From Nannocystales bacterium (GTDB taxonomy: Bacteria > Myxococcota_A > Polyangia > Nannocystales > Nannocystaceae), in the NCBI GenBank assembly GCA_050633305.1, contig JBOEGF010000032.1:1-64000 (forward strand): a stretch of DNA of 64,000 bases. Reading direction: 5' to 3'. The number at the start of each line of letters is the position of its first letter. Position 1 is the stretch's first letter. Of this stretch, positions 59,288 through 64,000 are shown piece by piece. Below the pieces are notes generated by a model, which did no database searches, was not told the origin of the DNA, and saw nothing but the letters and a program-made list of their open reading frames with translations. Both the position numbers and the translations under genes were made by a program.

Positions 59288-59742
59288 CATGTACCCGTGG
59301 AAACATCGACAATCTCTACTTCGTGCGCTGGATTCAACCTGAGGTCTCCGATGCCGTCGCGATCGTGGACGACATCCGAGCCTTGCGACGGTCCTCGGAG
59401 CAGGCTCTGCACTACTTCGCGATCATCGGCCCCGACGTCGACCCTCCGGGCGACGACGTGCGGGCCTCCATGAAGGAGAGCATCGACGACTTGCTTCAGC
59501 ACTGCGCCACGGTGCACCTCGTGATCGAAGGCAAAGGGTTTCGCAGGGCGATGGCACGAAGTATCGGGACGGGCATCTTCTTGCTCTCCAAAAACCGGGG
59601 TCGCACGTTCGCCCACGACCGCGTCGAAGATGCGCTCGCGCGCGCAGGGCTTTCGAGCACGGAGGTCGAGTCGGTCCGCGCCAAGGCGGCGAGCCGGGGC
59701 CTGCTCAACGATGCCGCGGCCGAAGCGGCGCCGCCCAACTAA
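59284..59742 (+). CDS. SpoIIAA-like/STAS-SEC14-like small protein, paralog 2
   Basis: FVRW...DPP...RASM...CATVHLVIEGKGFRRA..RS; GTGA-coupled to rsbR. Confidence 0.7.
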   Translation: MTCTRGNIDNLYFVRWIQPEVSDAVAIVDDIRALRRSSEQALHYFAIIGPDVDPPGDDVRASMKESIDDLLQHCATVHLVIEGKGFRRAMARSIGTGIFLLSKNRGRTFAHDRVEDALARAGLSSTEVESVRAKAASRGLLNDAAAEAAPPN

Positions 59743-59810
59743 TCCAGCATCCACGCCCCGCGCCATCTCGCGGCACCCGGGGCAAGACATGGTGCAGGAC
59801 AGCAGTAGGC

Positions 59811-61505
59811 TCAACCGCAGTCGACGTCGACATCCGCCAGGCCGCCACGACTCCGGATGACGAGAATGTCGGTGCAGTCGTCCGCGTCCAAGGCCGTGTT
59901 CTTGGCCCGCAGCCGATCGTTGTTGCGGAACGTCTCGTTGTTGGCCAGCCCCTCGACGTTGCGAAGCTCTGACCCGCGCGCATCGACGTCGGTCAGGACC
60001 TCGTGCAACTCGAGTCCATCGAGGTTTCGGACGCCGGAGTCCTCAAGCGTGAGCGACGTCAGGCGCTCCCACGTTGCCACGAACGCGACGCTGCGCAGCG
60101 GGTTCCCCGAGACATCGATCGACTCCATGTCCGTGAGACTGGCCAAGGGGGAGAGGTCCTCGACGCCCGTATTGGCTAGCGCGAGGCTCTGAAGCCGTGC
60201 TCCAGCGGCGATCTGCTCGACGTTCTCTGCCGACACGGGCGTTCCGGACAAGTCGAGCGCTTCGAGCGTCGGAAGCTCGGCGACCACGGCGAGCGAGGTC
60301 TGCCCCGCATCTGCGTAGATGATCCTGCGCAACACCTCTCGTCCCGCGAGACCGGAGAGGTCGAGCGTTTGCCCTGCCCCTCCCGCCGCAAGCTGCCCCA
60401 GCAGCGGCAACGTCGCGACCGCATCCACGGAGGTCACCGACGGGTTCTGACGCAGGTCCAAGTTGCGCAGCTCCGGTAGGCCCTCGACCGCCGAGATATC
60501 CGAGAGTTCGTTCTGAGCGACGGTGAGCCGGCGCAGACTCACCAGAGTCTCCACGCCTGCGAGCGAGACCAGGCGGTTATTCCCCAGAGACAGGGTCACC
60601 AAGTTCAGCAAGCCCGCGACCTCGGCCGTCGTGCTGACCTGGTTGTCGTTGGCGGAGATCTCAATGAGCCCTGGTTTGTCCTGGACGCCGTCGAGAGTGG
60701 TCAACGCGTTTCCACTGACTTCGAGTTCGACCAGTCCCGTCGCGCTTCGTAGCGGCACGAGAGACGTGATCTCGTTGGCATCGAGATCGAGATAGCGGAG
60801 CTCGCTTAGACCATCGAGGCCGTCGATGTTCGACAGCGCGTTGTCGGCCAGCGACAAAGAGACGAGCTGGTCCAAGCTCCCCAGCGCGGACACATCCGTG
60901 ATCTCGTTGCGCGACAGCATGAGGTTGGTCAGTCCGCTCAGCCCGGCCAACGGAGAAAGGTCGCTAACCGCGTTGCTCGACGCGTCGAGTCCTGTCAGCG
61001 TCTGAATCGAAGCGAGCGGTGACAGGTCGGAGATACCGTTCCCGTCAATTGCGACAACCTCGAGCCTCTCGAAGCCCTGCAACGCGGTGAGGTCGGTGAG
61101 TTCGTTGTTCGACAGCTCGAGCTGCCGGATTCCCGAGAGGTCCTCGAGCGGTGAGAGGTCCGTGATGGCGTTGCCGGAGAGGCCGAGGGTTTCCAGGCGT
61201 AGCCCGCACTCCAGACCGCGAAGGTCTGTGATGCCAAGGTCGGTGGCCCGCAGACCGGTGAGTTTCTGGAGTTCCTGCGCGAGCACGACGGGCGGCGGCT
61301 CTTCCTCGGCGTCCTCGGGTGGCTCGGGCTGCGGGAGGACTGATTCGAGCAACGCACGAAGGGCGGGATCGGGGACCTCGACCTCCCCGACGCACAACGC
61401 GACCTCGTCGTCGTTCGAAAGGATGTAGCCATCGCCGGGCACCTCCTCGGCGCAACCGACCGATGCGAGCAACAAGCAAACAGCCGCACAAAGCCCCCCT
61501 CTCAT
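59811..61505 (-). CDS. Internalin-like leucine-rich repeat lipoprotein
   Basis: SVGC lipobox, PDPALR cap, many 22-residue LxxLxLxxNxI.DL repeats. Confidence 0.9.
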   Translation of the reverse strand: MRGGLCAAVCLLLASVGCAEEVPGDGYILSNDDEVALCVGEVEVPDPALRALLESVLPQPEPPEDAEEEPPPVVLAQELQKLTGLRATDLGITDLRGLECGLRLETLGLSGNAITDLSPLEDLSGIRQLELSNNELTDLTALQGFERLEVVAIDGNGISDLSPLASIQTLTGLDASSNAVSDLSPLAGLSGLTNLMLSRNEITDVSALGSLDQLVSLSLADNALSNIDGLDGLSELRYLDLDANEITSLVPLRSATGLVELEVSGNALTTLDGVQDKPGLIEISANDNQVSTTAEVAGLLNLVTLSLGNNRLVSLAGVETLVSLRRLTVAQNELSDISAVEGLPELRNLDLRQNPSVTSVDAVATLPLLGQLAAGGAGQTLDLSGLAGREVLRRIIYADAGQTSLAVVAELPTLEALDLSGTPVSAENVEQIAAGARLQSLALANTGVEDLSPLASLTDMESIDVSGNPLRSVAFVATWERLTSLTLEDSGVRNLDGLELHEVLTDVDARGSELRNVEGLANNETFRNNDRLRAKNTALDADDCTDILVIRSRGGLADVDVDCG

Positions 61506-61638
61506 CGCAAGGACGCTACCACGCGTCGTATCCGGAGCTCACTGCGGTCCTCGCCAAGCGGCGCGCAAAGAGCCCCCGCGCCAGCGTCGGTTCGCGGGGC
61601 GGCGGCCCGGCCCGACGGAGCGAGACCGTGGCACAACG

Positions 61639-61668
61639 AAAAGAGGCCTGCGACACTCGCAGACCTCT
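61639..61668 (-). terminator. Intrinsic terminator
   Basis: Minus strand AGAGGTCTGCGA-GTG-TCGCAGGCCTCT followed by TTT. Confidence 0.7.
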
Positions 61669-61724
61669 CGGTTCGGCCCCTCATTGGCCGTGCGGCGCCC
61701 GAGCACCGCCACATCGTCGTCCCC

Positions 61725-63059
61725 TCAGCCTTCGGCCGCCGGGGGTGCCAACGCCTTGAACAGCTCCGTGCGCTCCTTGTGGACCTGCTTGAAGCTTGCG
61801 TCCGAGATCACATAGAACCATTTGTCGAACCGAAGACGCAGCTTCGCAGCCTTCTCCGCGCCCAGGCGAGCGGCCTCTTCATCGATCACGGGAGCGGGTG
61901 CAGGCGGCTCCCCTTCGGCCGCAGGCTCGGCGGGCGGGGCCGCGGTTGTGGCGGCCTGGTCGAGCGTCCCGTCGTAGCGAACGTCCACGAACATGTAGCG
62001 ATTCGCGGTCTTGCCCTCCTCCCCTTCTCCTCCGCCAGCGGCGCCTTCATCCGGACCCCCTGCGGTGAGAGCGGTTCCGGAGTCGAACGTGACCTCACCG
62101 AAGTACAGCGTGTACACGATGCCGCCCTTGGTGATGATCGACGCCTGGCCTTCGTTGCCAAACAGCTGACGTCCGTCGGGCGTGACAAAGAAGCCCTTGG
62201 ACTGTAGCGCCGGAAGCGTCAGGACCTCAGGTCGAGGGCGGACACCGACGATCTTGACGTTGGCCGCCGAGGTGACCATCTGTCGAACCTTGCTGGCGTC
62301 GAGTTCCGTGCCCTCAGGCGCGAGCGTGGGCGCGACCGCAGCCCAGGCGTCTTTCCCGTCGGCGCCCGGCTTCAGCGCGGCCACGACCGGGTTGGAACCC
62401 ATGACCTTGCCTTGCGCCTCGTCGACCGAGTACGGGTCGTAGACGACCTGCACGATGTCGTCTTTCTCGACGTGCAACAGGTCCTTTTCGATCCAGTCGC
62501 CGAAGTCGGTCGACACATCGAGGGTCAGCTTCGCGCCGTAGACCCGCTTTTCCTCGGGCAGGCGAACGTAGTAGACGCCCTGTTTGCCCTCAGGCTGCTT
62601 GCCGACGATCACATCGACCAAGACCGTGCCCGAAGCATCCTTGATGGTGATGCGCTGGCCTTTCTCGTCGCCCTTGCCCTCGGTCCCCTCGGGATCGAGC
62701 ACACCAAAGTTGGCGTGCTCCTCCACCTTGTCGCCGTAGTAGACGTCCTTTTTGACGTCGATGAACGATGCGGCAGCCTTGCCCATGCGTTCCGTACCGT
62801 CCGCCGGGTAGTCGTTGTGGCTGGGGATCACCCACAAGCCGGCCTTTTGCTCGACGGCAAACCGGGCCACGGTCGCCTGGTCCTCGTCCCACGACACCAC
62901 GGACAACGACGTCGCGAGGGCGGGGTCCGAGAACGCTGAGAAGAGCACCTCACCGGTGTCTTCGAACTGCGCCTGGGGCAGGTTCTTGGGCCGCATCGAC
63001 CACGCACCGCCTGCGGTACCCAGCGCGATGGCGACCACCATGATGGTTGCGCGGTTCAT
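61725..63059 (-). CDS. DUF4340-domain protein (Gld ABC transporter accessory)
   Basis: N-terminal anchor, W.IPSH.DYPAD, FGVLDP, YYVR, W.YVIS; directly follows GldG-like gene. Confidence 0.75.
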   Translation of the reverse strand: MNRATIMVVAIALGTAGGAWSMRPKNLPQAQFEDTGEVLFSAFSDPALATSLSVVSWDEDQATVARFAVEQKAGLWVIPSHNDYPADGTERMGKAAASFIDVKKDVYYGDKVEEHANFGVLDPEGTEGKGDEKGQRITIKDASGTVLVDVIVGKQPEGKQGVYYVRLPEEKRVYGAKLTLDVSTDFGDWIEKDLLHVEKDDIVQVVYDPYSVDEAQGKVMGSNPVVAALKPGADGKDAWAAVAPTLAPEGTELDASKVRQMVTSAANVKIVGVRPRPEVLTLPALQSKGFFVTPDGRQLFGNEGQASIITKGGIVYTLYFGEVTFDSGTALTAGGPDEGAAGGGEGEEGKTANRYMFVDVRYDGTLDQAATTAAPPAEPAAEGEPPAPAPVIDEEAARLGAEKAAKLRLRFDKWFYVISDASFKQVHKERTELFKALAPPAAEG

Positions 63060-64000
63060 GCTTTACCTGCTTTCGATGCCGAAGCCCCATGCCGCCGCGC
63101 CGCGGGGATGTTGTCCCGCTCTCTGAGGCGTTTGCGCATGAAGATGAAGATGCCCATCAACAGGGCCGGGATTGGAGGAAGCAGCAGCGACCAGATCCGA
63201 ATGCGGTTTTGGATCTCGTCGACGCTTCGTCGGTGCTCCGTCTCCGTCCGGGCGACCGCGCGCTGTTTGTCGCGCTCGATCGTTTCGGTCTTGGCGATGA
63301 GGCGGCGGTTCTCCGTCTCCTCAGCGCTCTTGAGCAACACCTGTTTGGTGGTCTCGTCGAGGTCTGCTCGCTCCTTGACCGCCGCGACCGCAGCTTCGAG
63401 GGCGGTCTTGGCTTCTTCGAGTTCGGCGTCCGCGGCCTTGTTGGCAGCGTCGATCTGCGCCTGCCGTTGCTCCCGAGCATCCTTGGTCTCTTCGTCGAGC
63501 TTCGTCAACCGACGGAAGGTCTGTCGCCGCCTACGGAGTTCGACGAACCGGTCGTCCCCGGCCAGCGAATCGACGGCGTTGAGTAAGAAGGACACGTTGT
63601 CGAAGCGCACGTCATCCAGACCATCGCCATCGACGTCGCCGCCACGGGAGTGCATCTGGAAGAAGAGGTCACCGAACAAGTCGAGGTCGGCCAACACGAT
63701 CAGGTTACGATCGGCGTGGCCCCCTGCCCCGTCCTCGCCCTCTCCGGCGACCGCTCCGCCCTTGATCCGTGCGCCCATCACGTAGCTCTCCGCTGTCGCC
63801 TCACCCAGCGCGCGCGGAGGAATGGGACCCTGCATGCCGAACAGCGGGTGACGCTGCACCATGTCGTCGAACACGTTGACGCCGGAGGCCTTGGACGTGG
63901 TCAGCAGCGGCGTGAACTTGTCCTGATACCCGTCGGCAGCCTTGATGGCGCCGGGGTAGAGCAGCACCACTTGGCTGAGCCCATCCACAGTGGCGTCGAT
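63056..64000 (-). CDS. GldG-family ABC transporter accessory/permease protein, C-terminal part (partial)
   Basis: VLADLDLF, DNVSFLLNAVDSLAGD..VELR.R, coiled coil, C-terminal TM helix. Confidence 0.75.
   Translation of the reverse strand: MDATVDGLSQVVLLYPGAIKAADGYQDKFTPLLTTSKASGVNVFDDMVQRHPLFGMQGPIPPRALGEATAESYVMGARIKGGAVAGEGEDGAGGHADRNLIVLADLDLFGDLFFQMHSRGGDVDGDGLDDVRFDNVSFLLNAVDSLAGDDRFVELRRRRQTFRRLTKLDEETKDAREQRQAQIDAANKAADAELEEAKTALEAAVAAVKERADLDETTKQVLLKSAEETENRRLIAKTETIERDKQRAVARTETEHRRSVDEIQNRIRIWSLLLPPIPALLMGIFIFMRKRLRERDNIPAARRHGASASKAGKA

Overview
High-GC bacterial chromosomal DNA, very likely from a myxobacterium. This is inferred from the gene inventory: TIGR02266 PilZ protein, FHA-GAF-sigma54 activator, Ser/Thr kinase, two Hsp70s and Cys-rich lipoproteins. 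Most of the window is a housekeeping and signalling backbone (purH start, dnaK, lon, parAB, folD, sigma-70, psd, glnA/glnB, pyrD/pyrK, rimI, engB, coaE, pfkA, cobB, xerC). Two accessory blocks stand out. (1) 13.9-15.8 kb holds a Septu (PtuA/PtuB)-like ABC-ATPase + HNH pair in which both genes are frameshifted. (2) 50.3-59.7 kb is the best candidate for an undescribed system. A ScyA/CybE-like TPP enzyme and a FabH/CybF-like enzyme (furanolide/butenolide core-forming pair) plus an O-methyltransferase sit back-to-back with a rearranged stressosome operon (rsbT'-rsbT-rsbX-rsbS-rsbR). The block also carries two paralogous SpoIIAA/SEC14-like proteins, a lipoprotein alpha/beta-hydrolase, an atypical orphan LuxR-type regulator and a lux-box-like palindrome. 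Together these suggest a self-contained small-molecule signalling circuit. Also seen: a repeated two-hairpin REP-like element and many genes with a -10 box only 6-10 nt before the start codon (leaderless pattern). All calls come from motif recognition by eye; no database search was run.
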